A DNA stretch of 63,328 nt, filler included, from Globobulimina sp. (Eukaryota): the NCBI GenBank assembly GCA_003354225.1. It is 19 parts of 19 records of this genome, joined end to end, with 100 filler letters (N's around TTAATTAATTAA, not from the genome) between each part and the next. Parts side by side here need not be neighbours in the genome. Positions count along the whole stretch, not along the records: positions 33,400 to 36,637 come from PIVH01003339.1; positions 36,738 to 39,974 come from PIVH01003340.1; positions 40,075 to 43,311 come from PIVH01003341.1; positions 43,412 to 46,648 come from PIVH01003342.1; positions 46,749 to 49,984 come from PIVH01003343.1; 14 more parts are not named here. One strand, given 5' to 3'. Positions 34,519-46,826 of the stretch are shown piece after piece. Below the pieces are notes generated by a model. That model did not search any database. It was given only the letters and a program-made list of their open reading frames with translations, and was not told the DNA's origin. Position 1 is the stretch's first letter. Each line of letters starts with the position of its first letter. The position numbers and the translations under genes are program-made.

Positions 34519-35904
34519 ATGGGCTCAGATTTAATGAAGTGTAAATGCAACGTAACATGTGTCAAAGTATGGATGTGCTTCGCAGTTTGTGGATGTTTAA
34601 TTACATTGCTATTGGCTGCCGTGGTATTGTCATCGTATTCATTTGAAACAGTAATCGGTCCATTACCTTGTAAATTGGAAAACATTAAAACAAACAAATG
34701 CTGTTACGATAACGACTGTATATATGGTAAACAATACACATATTACTTTTCCTCAAATTCCACCCATTGTATGAACAAATATGATATTCACAACCATCCG
34801 ACAAACACATCTGTACACTTTCGAGAGGAAACCGCTTGCTATCCATCACTTAAATCATTACAACAATCCTCTCCAAACTGGAGAGTAAACGGTTCCGTAA
34901 TATTTTATGTAAACAAGCAATGTACGGAATGGATAGAAGCATCCATTCACAACAAACAAATACGAACGAACTTAATGTGGATATCCATCATATTAACCTT
35001 TGTGGGCTGTTCCTGTATCTCTATGATCTGTGGCTTTATCACAATGTATCACATTGAAATCCTAACCTGTTTAATTGATTATTGTTCCTGCGAAGTCTGT
35101 GATAAATACCTCGAGGATGGCGACGATGAAACGGAACATCACAATTACAACACACCGGCACAAAACAGCGAAAATAGATCATCCAATTCAACCTCACAAC
35201 ATTCGGAGAACTCAGTGCCATATAAATATAATAAGCATAATAAGTATGAGAATGGCACTAAACTGAGAGGTATTGATGTGTTCAGTGGCGATACAACGCG
35301 TTTGTCAGTGGAATATGCAGCGAAACAGCACCATATATTTTCCAATCGGAGCAGTTCCAAACAGTCCAGCAATATACGCAGAGCCAGAGGACTAAGCGAC
35401 GCATCAAAGTCAAAGATGTCTGGTTTGTCGCCGTTGAGTGGCTGCAATGATGAAATTCGACAGTTTGTGGCAAACAAAGGGAAGGAGAAAGATACGAAAA
35501 TTGTATTAACTCTAAAAGACCGATCTAAACAGCATAAGAATTCAAAGTATATCGGTAATGATGTTAATAATAATAATAATATGAAGAAGAGTTTTGATGA
35601 AAGTGATGATTCCAACCATGACATGGATCATTTGCGAATCAGTGAGGAACAGTTGGAGTTGGATGAGTTGACGGTGGATGACATAGTGAGTAATGGCTTC
35701 AGTGCGAGTGTCGAGTTTGAGAATGAATGGTATGATGAAAATGCGTCAAAGTATACAGGGCATACTGGCGATATAAATGAGAGTATACCGATTTCGCGGA
35801 ATAAATCTAATCATAATCGATTCTCGGCGAATACAAATGTTAGCAGTGACTATCAGGACGATGAGGAACATGAATATGAAGATGATGATGAATATCCGGA
35901 GTAA
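34519..35904 (+). CDS. Two-TM membrane protein with Cys-rich extracellular loop and disordered tail
   Basis: Hydrophobic segments VWMCFAVCGCLITLLLAAVVL and LMWISIILTFVGCSCISMICGFI flank a Cys-rich loop. Confidence 0.65.
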   Translation: MGSDLMKCKCNVTCVKVWMCFAVCGCLITLLLAAVVLSSYSFETVIGPLPCKLENIKTNKCCYDNDCIYGKQYTYYFSSNSTHCMNKYDIHNHPTNTSVHFREETACYPSLKSLQQSSPNWRVNGSVIFYVNKQCTEWIEASIHNKQIRTNLMWISIILTFVGCSCISMICGFITMYHIEILTCLIDYCSCEVCDKYLEDGDDETEHHNYNTPAQNSENRSSNSTSQHSENSVPYKYNKHNKYENGTKLRGIDVFSGDTTRLSVEYAAKQHHIFSNRSSSKQSSNIRRARGLSDASKSKMSGLSPLSGCNDEIRQFVANKGKEKDTKIVLTLKDRSKQHKNSKYIGNDVNNNNNMKKSFDESDDSNHDMDHLRISEEQLELDELTVDDIVSNGFSASVEFENEWYDENASKYTGHTGDINESIPISRNKSNHNRFSANTNVSSDYQDDEEHEYEDDDEYPE

Positions 35905-36281
35905 CTGCTACATATTACATAATGTATAATGTGTCTTAAAATCTTTTTGAATTTATTTTTCTTTTTAATAATAATTTTGAGCATTTGTTTATAATTTTTA
36001 TCAGGAATTAATTTTTGTTTTAATTTGATTTTTTGTGTGTATTTTCTGTTTTTAATCTTCTTTTTTTCTTTTCTATTTTTTTTTCTATCCAACTATTTTT
36101 GTCATTGTGTTTGGTTTTTGCTAAGATACAGACAGACGATGTAGTAAAGATTATAATTTATAATAAATTAGTAACTCGTTATAAATGTAACACCCCATAT
36201 TTACAGAATTAATTTAACCTCCAAGCCATGCTCAAGTGCAAGGATTTATAATTACACTTTGCAAATTTATTAAACTGAAAC

Positions 36282-36637
36282 ATGGTGTCGCTAAATACAA
36301 CGGGGAACATTTCAACAAACATAACAGCAAATAATTCGTTATTCACTTCAACATATTCCAGCGCAGAGTACGTAACAACGGAGTTTATAACGACGACATG
36401 GGATACACAAGAACCAAATGTTGGTATATCAAAACCGTTAATATATATATCAGGAGCTATAGTTATCCTCATCATCATAACACTGATCGCTTACTGCACA
36501 TTCAAATGTTACAAACACAGAAAGAAGATAAAATTATCCAAAAAACCTGTGAATAGTATTGATAATATAGACGAAGATACGGCGAAAATACAGGCATTCG
36601 AAGTGCATGTAACAACCAACGAATTTGCTTTACATAA
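36282..36637 (+). CDS. Single-pass membrane protein fragment, 3'-truncated
   Basis: Thr-rich N-terminus, TM LIYISGAIVILIIITLIAYCTF, basic stop-transfer run. Confidence 0.5.
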
Positions 36638-36737
36638 NNNNNNNNNNNNNNNNNNNNNNNNNNNNNNNNNNNNNNNNNNNNTTAATTAATTAANNNNNNN
36701 NNNNNNNNNNNNNNNNNNNNNNNNNNNNNNNNNNNNN

Positions 36738-39700
36738 AATATGTATCGCCATATGAAGACTATCAATGTATAAATGATTATTTCCGTTTTATGGATTATC
36801 ATCGTTCTCAACTCAAAATGAATGAAATGCAAAACTTTTTCATGACAAAATGTGGAACTTGCACTGAAAACACATGTGTTTCATTCATCCGTACGCATAG
36901 AGACAGATATAAACAAAGCGAGGATGAATATTATGGTTGTGATGAAGCGGATTTTCATTTAATTGCAATTCAACAAATTTTTGATGGTATTCATTGTTTT
37001 TGTTTTCATCATATTATGTATGATAATGGCAATGAGAAACGAATGATGAATATAATACGCAACAGACATTGCAATTTGTACACAATTAACACTGGAATTC
37101 ATATTAAAACCGATGAGGAAATGCAATATGAATTACAACAGAAATTATCTGCCGACGGCGATGAAGATATTAAGATGCAGAGCTTGGATGAATCCACTGC
37201 AGGTCTTGTTTTTTTCTATATAATATATGGCAGCTCTGCAAATAGTGGATAACGTTTCTATGGATGGTATTGCAAATAATAATGAATATAATAATTAATT
37301 CATTTCTACACGTACAGCATAGAAACGTTTTGCACCATTTGCACTAAATCATATACGTAAACAAACTGTAATGATTATAAATTCATTTAGGTGCACGTGT
37401 GAGTTTACATTCAATGGCATCTCAATTAACTACAATATTACAAGAACAATCAGCCACAGTCTCTGCGACACCAAAAACTAAATTACGCTCAAAACATACA
37501 TCAAAAACAATATCACCGCGCATACCCAGACAGCCACCCAACTCCATGCGTAACCAATTTGAGCACGAACAAAAAGATCCTAATTATATTATATCTGAGA
37601 GGGAATATTTATTTTTACCATATTCATTATGTATTGAGTACGATCGTGAGTTTAAATTACCAAAATATTCCGATTTAAAAAAAGAATTACTGCTCAATAC
37701 CGAAGCACCGTTGAATGAGTATGAATGGCGCATTCTACACAAAAAAGCTGAAATATTGCAACAAACATACAAAATACATTCGGATATGGCATTGGATCAA
37801 ATTGTGGCTGTGTTGGTATACAGTAATTACAATAAGTTAAGACAGGAATTGCATGCAAGCTTCCACACAAAAGTGCAGCATAAATCATATATTCATTGGA
37901 CACAATTGTTATTTTCTGTAATTCAACAGTTTGGAACTTTTTCTGCAACATTTTCCGATGTATATTGTGCTTTAAATTTTCCATTCAAATTTCATTCATT
38001 TAATTATTTTAATTTTGATGGATTATTTTCAACGACAAATAATCGTGAAATTGTGGAATGCTGTAATACTTTGATGGATGGTATAATAATAAAATTAAAT
38101 CCCTCGCGAGTTGGCATGGCACCGTTTGTTAATTTATCGACAGTTTATAGTGATTTTAAAGATGAACAGCAACATTTATTTGGGTTTTCGCATGGCTGTG
38201 TCCTCAAAATTGATGAAATTTTTACATTTTATGATGTACGGAATGATACCATATCTTTTACACATAAAAATAAACCATTTGTGGCAGCGTTGCAAATATT
38301 TGAACAGATTGTTATTAATATGGTATATATTGCAAATGAAAAACAGTGCGAATGGTTAAAAGATTCAATTCAAAATATTGAAGAACAAAGTATGCAAATA
38401 TTGCAATGTATGATTGACGAATGTTTACCAATGGAGATGGATAATGATGTAACCATACCAACATTTATTAGCACACAATTCGCATTTTTTAGACATTGTT
38501 TACGTGAAACAGAATTTTGTAAATTATGTTTTGATATTAAAAAAATTGAATTATTACCTGTTGAAATTCAGAAATATTTTATGACCAATGAGCGGAACAT
38601 AATCTATGAAAATTGGTGTCAATTATTCCCAAATGATACGATTATTTGTATTAAAAACATTGAAGAACATAAATATGAATCATTCATAAATTTATTTGCA
38701 ACATTTGTGTATGAGATTGTTAATGGTGTAGAATATTCAAATAGCTTACAATGTATTGATATTACTACAAATTGTGATATATTTAACGAAAATATAAATG
38801 ATATGGTTAATAAAAAAAATGATAATGAATTTAAATCTTCAAATTGGACATTGTCGTATGAATTAGTTACATATACAATCGGACACTGTGATGAACAAAA
38901 AGATATTCGTAGCAATAGTTATTGTATTGTAATCAGTAAAAACCAAATCGCAGAAACAGAAATAAAAAGCGATTGCGATAAAAAGCAAATGGATATTGAA
39001 CCGCAAACTAAGTTAAGCAACACACAAAATGAAGATATCGAGGCTGCACTACCAATAAATGATGATATTAATATTGAAACAAAGCAAGCTGATATTGATA
39101 ATATTGATACTACGAATGAAATTGTTTTAGAAACAAAAGAAGAAACAGTCTATAATGTCGAAGTACAAAATGAGGCAAATGAGCAATTGGAAGTAAATAT
39201 CAATATATCAGCTGAACAAATGAAAGAAGTCCCAGATGATCGAGCGTCTACATCGATATCTGCAACCAATGAGGAACAAAGTGAACAAAATCAACAAAAT
39301 CAAATTGAAAACGAAATTAAACACGAAAACAATAATGTTGTTGAAGCACAAACGATGCCAGAAACAATAGAAACGGAATCCGATTTAAACGCAGAACATA
39401 ATGTTCAAAATGAATACACAGACAAGGAAAATACAGAGCAGATTGTACAGGATCATAACGTAAATGCTGCAGTAAGTTCAGATCATGTAAGTGAATTAGC
39501 AACAAATGTCATGATTGTAGTGGATGAATATAAGCAATCACAGGAAAATACACCATTAAGTATGGATACCTGGGCTACGGGTACTGGCACGGCATCGCCA
39601 CATCCTTTTTTAAATCGGTGGGGTTTTGGCAGTGGAATAAGTATTGTGGACGATACACCAACTGGTGGTGGGACGGACAATATCACGGATCCGGATGACG

Positions 39701-39939
39701 ATAATACACCGATAGATGCAGATAATGAGAATGAGGATGAAATAAAAGTGGAGAGTCTGCAGCTGGACTTAGAAGATAGAGTATGGAATGGATATATTGA
39801 TAAATATGGATATGAAGCAAAGACACCAACCAAATTGCAAGTGTTTTCAAAGAGTAGCGGGCTTGAATCACATTTATCGTTCAAGATAGCAAAACAAACA
39901 TGGAATGAGAGGACTGGCAAAGGTAAGATTATGCAATAA
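36738..39939 (+). CDS. Large protein with a degenerate ADP-ribosyltransferase-like domain and small C-terminal helical domain (intron 37203-37390; 5'-truncated)
   Basis: Phase-1 GT-AG intron joins ORFs 36791 and 37399 in frame; VAVLVYS...VYCAL...FSTT...GIIIKL...SDFKDEQQHLFG resembles the R-S-E ART scaffold. Confidence 0.55.
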
Positions 39940-40074
39940 TTGATATATTCCTTTTTTTTATTAAACGTTGCTGTNNNNNNNNNNNNNNNNNNNNNNNNNN
40001 NNNNNNNNNNNNNNNNNNTTAATTAATTAANNNNNNNNNNNNNNNNNNNNNNNNNNNNNNNNNNNNNNNNNNNN

Positions 40075-42065
40075 GCGAAAACACCTCGAGTTTGCTCACC
40101 AGCAAGAAACTAGCGCTCGTCCTCGACATTGACCACACTCTCTTGCACGCGACGCGCGACCCGCAGGCAAAGCTGGTGTACAAACACCACGCCTTCAAAG
40201 AAAGCACGCATTCCTTCATGTTACCCGGCCACCGCTCTCCATATTACATCAAAATCCGGCCCGGATTCCGCGACTTTTTATTAGACGTCGCAGGCGCATA
40301 CGACATCCATTTGTATACCATGTCGATGCGTAAGTACGCCGAGGAGATCGTGCGATGGATCGAGTTCGACCCCAAATATAGAAACCTGATACAAAACCTG
40401 GTGACGCGCGACGATGTGCCGTCGAATAAGAAGTTGTTACATCGTCTGTTCCCTTGCGATGAGCGAATGGTTATCATCATCGACGACCGCATCGATGTAT
40501 GGCCCAATGCTCATAACAATGTGATCCAAATCCACAAATACTTATTCTGGCCCAACACCGAAGAGGAGCAGTTGGAGCCTGATGGCGATCAACGACAGTT
40601 AGGGTCCACGCAAATCATTTTAGAGCGAAAAATCAAGTCCAAAAATAAGGCATTTATAGAAAAATCATTGCGCAGATTCATCAGTTTGTTTTTTAAGGAA
40701 CTCGGCTGTTACAACATCACCATATCGGCAGATCGCGATATAATTTACATTTCTACGCATAAGTCGCCCGATGATAATAAGCTGAAAAGATTCAGTTTGG
40801 CCATCAAAGAAGCACTGGATTTGGAGATCTATCACAATGCAAAGAATGACCGCCAGAACAACAATGCGTACTTATACGTGCTGCGAAACTGTAAAATTAA
40901 GTATAAAATCAATTCGAATGAGTTGAAACGGCGCGAAGGTGATCGAGTGTTGTCGTGTTTGAGTTCGGTGCTGTTGAAGATCCATAAAAATTATTACCAG
41001 CAACAACGCGACTTAGAAGAGCAAAAAAAGCAAGAACCCGAAGGCAAAAAGAAGAAGATCGATGCACGGAATATACTGAAGTTTGTGAAAGCGGACGTTT
41101 TCGGCGGATATGTGTTTGTGTTCAGTGGTGTGTTCCCTATGGACGTCAATCGAACGCATACTTTGGAGTGGAAGCTGGCGCACCAATTTGGCGCCAAATG
41201 TGTAGCGACTTTGTCTGCGGACAACAGGGAAGGCGTTACGCATTGTATCACGCCGCGAATGGGCACCAATAAGACCTCGATCGCCTTGAAATTGGGTTTG
41301 GAGATCGTACATCCAAATTGGTTGCATAATTCGACCACTCATTATATGGAATCCAATCCGGACATCTACAGACCGCAAGGATGGGACAAGTCGCATAAGA
41401 AAAGCGGGGATGGCGACCAGTTGACGTCGATATTGATTGGGAACAAACGGAAGAGGGCGGATGTGCTGCTCGGCGATGATGGGAAGGACAATGGACCCAA
41501 ATGCAAGAAAGCAAAGACTGTCAAGTTCAAAGGCATTGATGATGTGGGTGCGGATGAGGAGGATGTCAATCCACGCGAGAAGTTAATGGAGGGCTTATCC
41601 GAATTAGTGACGGATTTTAATAAAAATAAGAAGTTGTTGTGCTCGTCATCGAGCGAGAAGGATATTGTAATTATTGCTGACGGGGATGGTGATGAGGAGG
41701 AGGATGAGGATGTGAACCTAATGAATAATGGTGATGATAATGGGCAGGTTGGTGAGGAGAAGGAAGATATGGATCTCGATGGGCAGAATGATGATAATTT
41801 TGATTTTGAGGATATTCATAATGATATTGATAAAGCAATCAAGCATATAGAGAATGGAAAGAGTGATGATTTTGTTTTTCAGAGTAATGCGCAGGAAATT
41901 GATAATGATACGGTTATAAAGGAAAAGAAAGATAATCAGAACAATCTAGCATTGCGAGAACAGCATGATGAGGAACTGAATGTGTATGAAGAAGAGCAAG
42001 ATGAAGATGAAGATAATGATTTGGAAGATATGCTTAATGAGGAATTGGAATCATTATCTTCGTAA
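40075..42065 (+). CDS. FCP1: RNA polymerase II CTD phosphatase FCP1 (HAD + BRCT), 5'-truncated
   Basis: KKLALVLDIDHTLLHA (DxDxT), YIKIRPG, LYTM..RKYA, LFPCDERMVIIIDDRIDVW; BRCT VFSGVFP...THCI...TNK...VHPNWL. Confidence 0.93.
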
Positions 42066-43093
42066 TCATTGTATTAACGGCTATTTAATTAAACTCGATA
42101 TGTCGATCGCGTACGTACTATTGACTCTTTTTGTGTTTTTTTATTTTTTTTTAACATTAATGTGATGTTCACTGAAACTTCCGCAAATTGAAAGGCCAAA
42201 TGAAGAAGCTCACATCTGGCCAATGACACTTTTTGTGAATCAATTATATGCCAACTCATTTGTGAATCAATTATTGATGTTTCACTGTGTGCAAAACACC
42301 ATCGATTGTCGTTGTACATCCTTCAATTGATAAACTATCCGATTACTTATATATTTGAATATATTTTCTTCTCTGATTATGTATTTTTGTTTTTTTTTAA
42401 TCCCTTCTATTTCTTGTTACACTGAGGTGAGTGCAGTGTATTGCGACAAACTTTCTCAGACAGAAATCCAATAATAATTTGGTTCATATTTGGTATACAG
42501 CAACATGTCTTTAACAGGGCAGATGTGCGAGGTGCAGCGCGATGACTAAATTTATAGTCATCGTTTTGTTAATTGAGTGTAGAACTCGCCGTATAGAATT
42601 CAAGCGACAAGAATTAGATTTTGCCACTCTTTCATTAGATAATATTGTAAAGCTAGCTCCTTTTCCTTTAGTTTTCATAATGATGATGATAATATTTATA
42701 GTTTCTGCTTTCTTGATTGGTTTCATGGGACAAAAAATAACAAAACAAAAGCAAAAATGCACCAATATGCAATAACGAAATGCAGCTTTACAGAGCTAGT
42801 AACTTCTTGACGGTAAGCATGTGTCGTGATTTGCTTGCAATCTTAGTGAGCACAGCAACTTCTGAGTGTACGTTTGTTATTTTTGTGTCTTTATATTGTT
42901 CGTTTCCATTTGTACGCATTCAAAATATAGCCAGGGGTATACAAATGTAAATAGCAACTTAAATAAAGATCCACCTTGTCGAATCTCGGGAAACTATGAT
43001 AGAATTGTTTTAATATAATATAATATTGGATATTTGGATTTTTTTCTCATATGGCAATATCCATAAACCCAATACACCAATCCTGATTTTTTA

Positions 43094-43311
43094 TTGTATA
43101 CCGAGCCTAAAGAAGAAGCTGCAAAATATCTCGAAGTAAACAATATGCTTGCAAACAATGTTATTGCATATATTATTGATGAACTGATGAATGTTGATAT
43201 AGAAACTGAAACTGATGACATTTTGAATGTTTCGCCAGAATTCTGGAACATACGAGAAGTTGGAGTGTGGCTAGAAACATTTAAATGTGGCCAAAAGTAT
43301 ATGTATCAATT
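43094..43311 (+). CDS. Fragment running into a SAM domain
   Basis: PEFWNIREVGVWLETFKCGQKYM is the SAM helix-1 signature; cut by the linker. Confidence 0.5.
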
Positions 43312-43411
43312 NNNNNNNNNNNNNNNNNNNNNNNNNNNNNNNNNNNNNNNNNNNNTTAATTAATTAANNNNNNNNNNNNNNNNNNNNNNNNNNNNNNNNN
43401 NNNNNNNNNNN

Positions 43412-46400
43412 ATCTCCTTCTTGATGCTGTCCAGCATCGACTCAATCTGCGCGTCATCGTCCATGCCCATATTATCCACCACCACTTTCATCGCTTCCTT
43501 GGCGATTTTAATCTCACCATACGACTCCTCGATGCGTTGAATACTGTTATCAAACTGCGTCAATTTGCTATGTACGTCGCTGTGCGTAAACAACAAGGTC
43601 TGCATCGCTGCGATCAACAGGTTCTGATGCGCGTCATTGCTAATCTCCAACATGCGCACTAACGATGATTTCTTGCGAGCGCCTTCCATCTTACTCAGGG
43701 CGTACAATATGCGGCCATCAGCCGATTTGCTGCGGAAATTCTCAATCATTGGCCGCAACTGTCCGCCTTCATAATCTTTGAGCCAATCCACCACTTCTTC
43801 GTCAGTCCACGTACTCGCCCAACCTTCCGTGGGTTTCTCCGCATGCCACTTTTCTTCCAACTTGGTCACACTGCCCACAATGACATCATTCTGCAGCTCC
43901 AATTTGCTGTAAATGGTCGTGGCTTCGTGTTTCAATGCATTCCAACGCATATCCAAGACCTGGAAGAAGTCGTTTAATACGCCACGAATACGCGAGGCAT
44001 ACATCCATGTCGCGCCTAAATTGTATCGATTGTTCACCAATAATTTCTCCGCAGCTTCACATTCCTCCCATAGCTCCTCCCAACCACTCGACTCATCGCG
44101 TAAGTTTTGCAGCGATGTGATGGCGGACACAATTTCTTTCGTAGTCGAAGTGTCAAACGAAGTTTCTTCCAATTCGTGCTTTCCGCGGGTTGCTCGACTA
44201 TGGAAGTCACGCAACAAAGTTCCCAATCTCGCCTTCAATGCTTTGAAGGTTTGTTGTCTGAAATTTCGGTACTTTTCATCCACTTTATTGCGCACAGAGC
44301 CATAATGAATGACGATGGGACCAAACGATTTCTCCGTTTCATTGCTGTCAAAGCCGCCCGCACTGTTTTTCATATCAATCAGCAACTTCTTCCATTTACC
44401 AATGTCGTCGCCCAACTCATCAAACACCGCATTTAAGTCCATATCATACAAAGCCTGGTACGATAGCCACGTGTTGGTATATTCCGTGGCGGCGAAGGTA
44501 ATCTCTTCGATCTTGCGATAACAATCGATGATCTTCTCCGTATTGACCCGGTTTAGTATCGATTTGAAGGTAGAATTTTCATCCTCATCCTCGTCGCCTT
44601 GATACGCTAAATCGGATTTTGGCCGCGGTTGTTCCACCACCATACTCAGCAAAGACTGCAGATCTTGGCCTAATATCATTTTGGCGTCGCATATACTCGG
44701 CTGAACCTGCAACAAATTGTTGTTGATCTTTATAATGTGTTTGATGGCGTCTTTGCGTAAGAAGATGTTCTCTGCGCTGTACTCGGCGTCTTCGTCGCCG
44801 TCTTCTGTGCTAATCCGCGTCTTCATAATATCCCAGTCTTCGTCCAATGTCTTTTTCCATCCATCCAAGATCTCATCGACCCGCGACAACAAAATGCGTT
44901 CCAACTTCTCATTCAATATCGCCGTCCAATACGGCACGCCATAAAAGCCGCCGTCGTCTAACTTATTCACAATCTTTTGTAGCTTGTCAATCTTTTCCGT
45001 CATATTTGCCCTAATCAGAGGACAGACAATCAACTCTTGCAATATCTTATCGCATTCATACGACAAATCGTACGCTTTCTGCGTCTTATCTTGCAAAGAA
45101 ATGGTCGCCTTCGACAAGGACGCCACATATTTATTCAGCTGCTTCTCGTGATTCTGCCAACGGTGTTTGGCGCCGTCTAAGATCTGTTGCTGACATTGGA
45201 ATTTATATTGGTCCACCAACGTGGTCAACTGCGACAACATGGTATTGTTTGCATCCATTTTCGTGTCATCGTCGTCGTCCGATTTGATCTCCAAAATAGT
45301 ACCTACGCTCTGCGAGGAATACTGGTCGATCTCAATGCAAGTTCGCGTAAATATACTCACCGCTTCTTTCAATTTCACCGCGATCGGATACTTTTGTTTC
45401 ACATCGATGCAGCTCAAACGCAACGAAATATCGATGCGGATCCCCAACGATAGCAAACAGCGCACCTCTTTGAATAATTTAACATAGTTCTCATCGAACG
45501 CCACATTCAAACTCAATGACTTCTTAATGCCGCGGTCAATTTTAAAAATAGGCGCTTGATCGTCGAAATTGGGCAGAGATTTGGCATCGTTTTCCCACTG
45601 TTTCACCAATATCATTGGGTCCAATTTCTTTGCGAAGGAATTCATTTGTTCTGCCAAGTCGCGAGCATTGGACCGATTCTTCCAATTATTGCCCAACACC
45701 GCTTCCAGCCGCTTCTCATTTTGGTCCAACTGTCGTTTCAGTTGTTTGCACCAAATGACCTCACCAGACACGGCCGGGATATCCCGTAACAGCGACAAAC
45801 GCGATGCCGGGATCTTACTATACCGCTTACGATATCGCAATTGCAGCTGTTTGATTTCTTCCTGCACATTTTTCAATAATTCCTCCTGGAATTCCCACAC
45901 CGCGTTGCGAATACGGTCACGCACAAATAACTTGTTATATTTCTCGCAGACTCGGAACATTTCGCGTGGATCGGTCGCGTTTTCCATCGCGTTTCGGATC
46001 ATGCCTTGGATCTCATTCTCGACTTCTTGGATTTTACTCTCATATTCTTGCACACATTGCTCCCATTCGTAAATAGGCGCCTTCAACACATCCAATTTAC
46101 GAAACACGTTGTATGCCTCCGATATTTTGTTGATTTCTTCCTGCAATGTGTCCTTATCAGTGCTGGACGCAAACGTAGAATCGATGACTTTTTCAATCTC
46201 AGCATGGCCTTTTCGGATTTTCTTGATGGACTCGACCCGTTTTTGCAAGTGATTTAGATCCGTTTCCTGGTCGCGATGCCATGGCCCACTAAAATTTCGC
46301 TGCCGATTCTCTAACAACTCTCTTTGCCGCAGATCTGAGCGTAATTTGGTATATCGATTCTGGAAATTATGAAATAGCCGCTCCGTACTGCTCGTCCGCT

Positions 46401-46648
46401 GCGTGAACAAACTATATTTCATTATCATTATATCGCGAGACAGAACATCACGAAGTTGGTTGCTTACGTCCCTCGCCGCAGCACGCGCCAATATGGCAAT
46501 ACGTTCCACCGGATAGTTATTCTTCAATTTGAAGGCATCCAAATGCTGGAATATCTCATTGATGGCTTTAATGATGTCCTGGACACTGCTGCTTGTCACC
46601 AACACCTTGATGGGAAAGGTAGATACCACCTCATTGTGCAGAGCCACC
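43412..46648 (-). CDS. DYNC1H1: Cytoplasmic dynein 1 heavy chain, tail region (internal fragment) with SAM insertion
   Basis: FPIKVL...IFQHL...YPVERI, EMFRVCEKYNKLFVRDRIRNAVWEFQEELL, RDIPAVSGEVIWCKQL, LFKEVRCL, WLSYQALYDM, FDSNETEKSFGPIVIHY. Confidence 0.95.
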
Positions 46649-46826
46649 NNNNNNNNNNNNNNNNNNNNNNNNNNNNNNNNNNNNNNNNNNNNTTAATTAA
46701 TTAANNNNNNNNNNNNNNNNNNNNNNNNNNNNNNNNNNNNNNNNNNNNTGATTCCATATTTATTTTTTGTAACACGCTTGCATTGCAATAAACTACTCTT
46801 CACTCTTAAATATACCCTCTGTTAAA

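Noticed and set aside
40075-46648. Higher-GC contigs (FCP1, dynein) as contamination from another organism
   Set aside because: Both are eukaryotic genes, and FCP1 grades into AT-rich flanks on the same contig; codon bias suffices, although a mixed assembly cannot be excluded.
43913-46704. Numerous plus-strand ORFs opposite dynein, and similar shadow ORFs opposite FCP1, the Ubl gene and the 30079 ORF
   Set aside because: Antisense shadows of more GC-rich coding sequence with no recognisable motifs.
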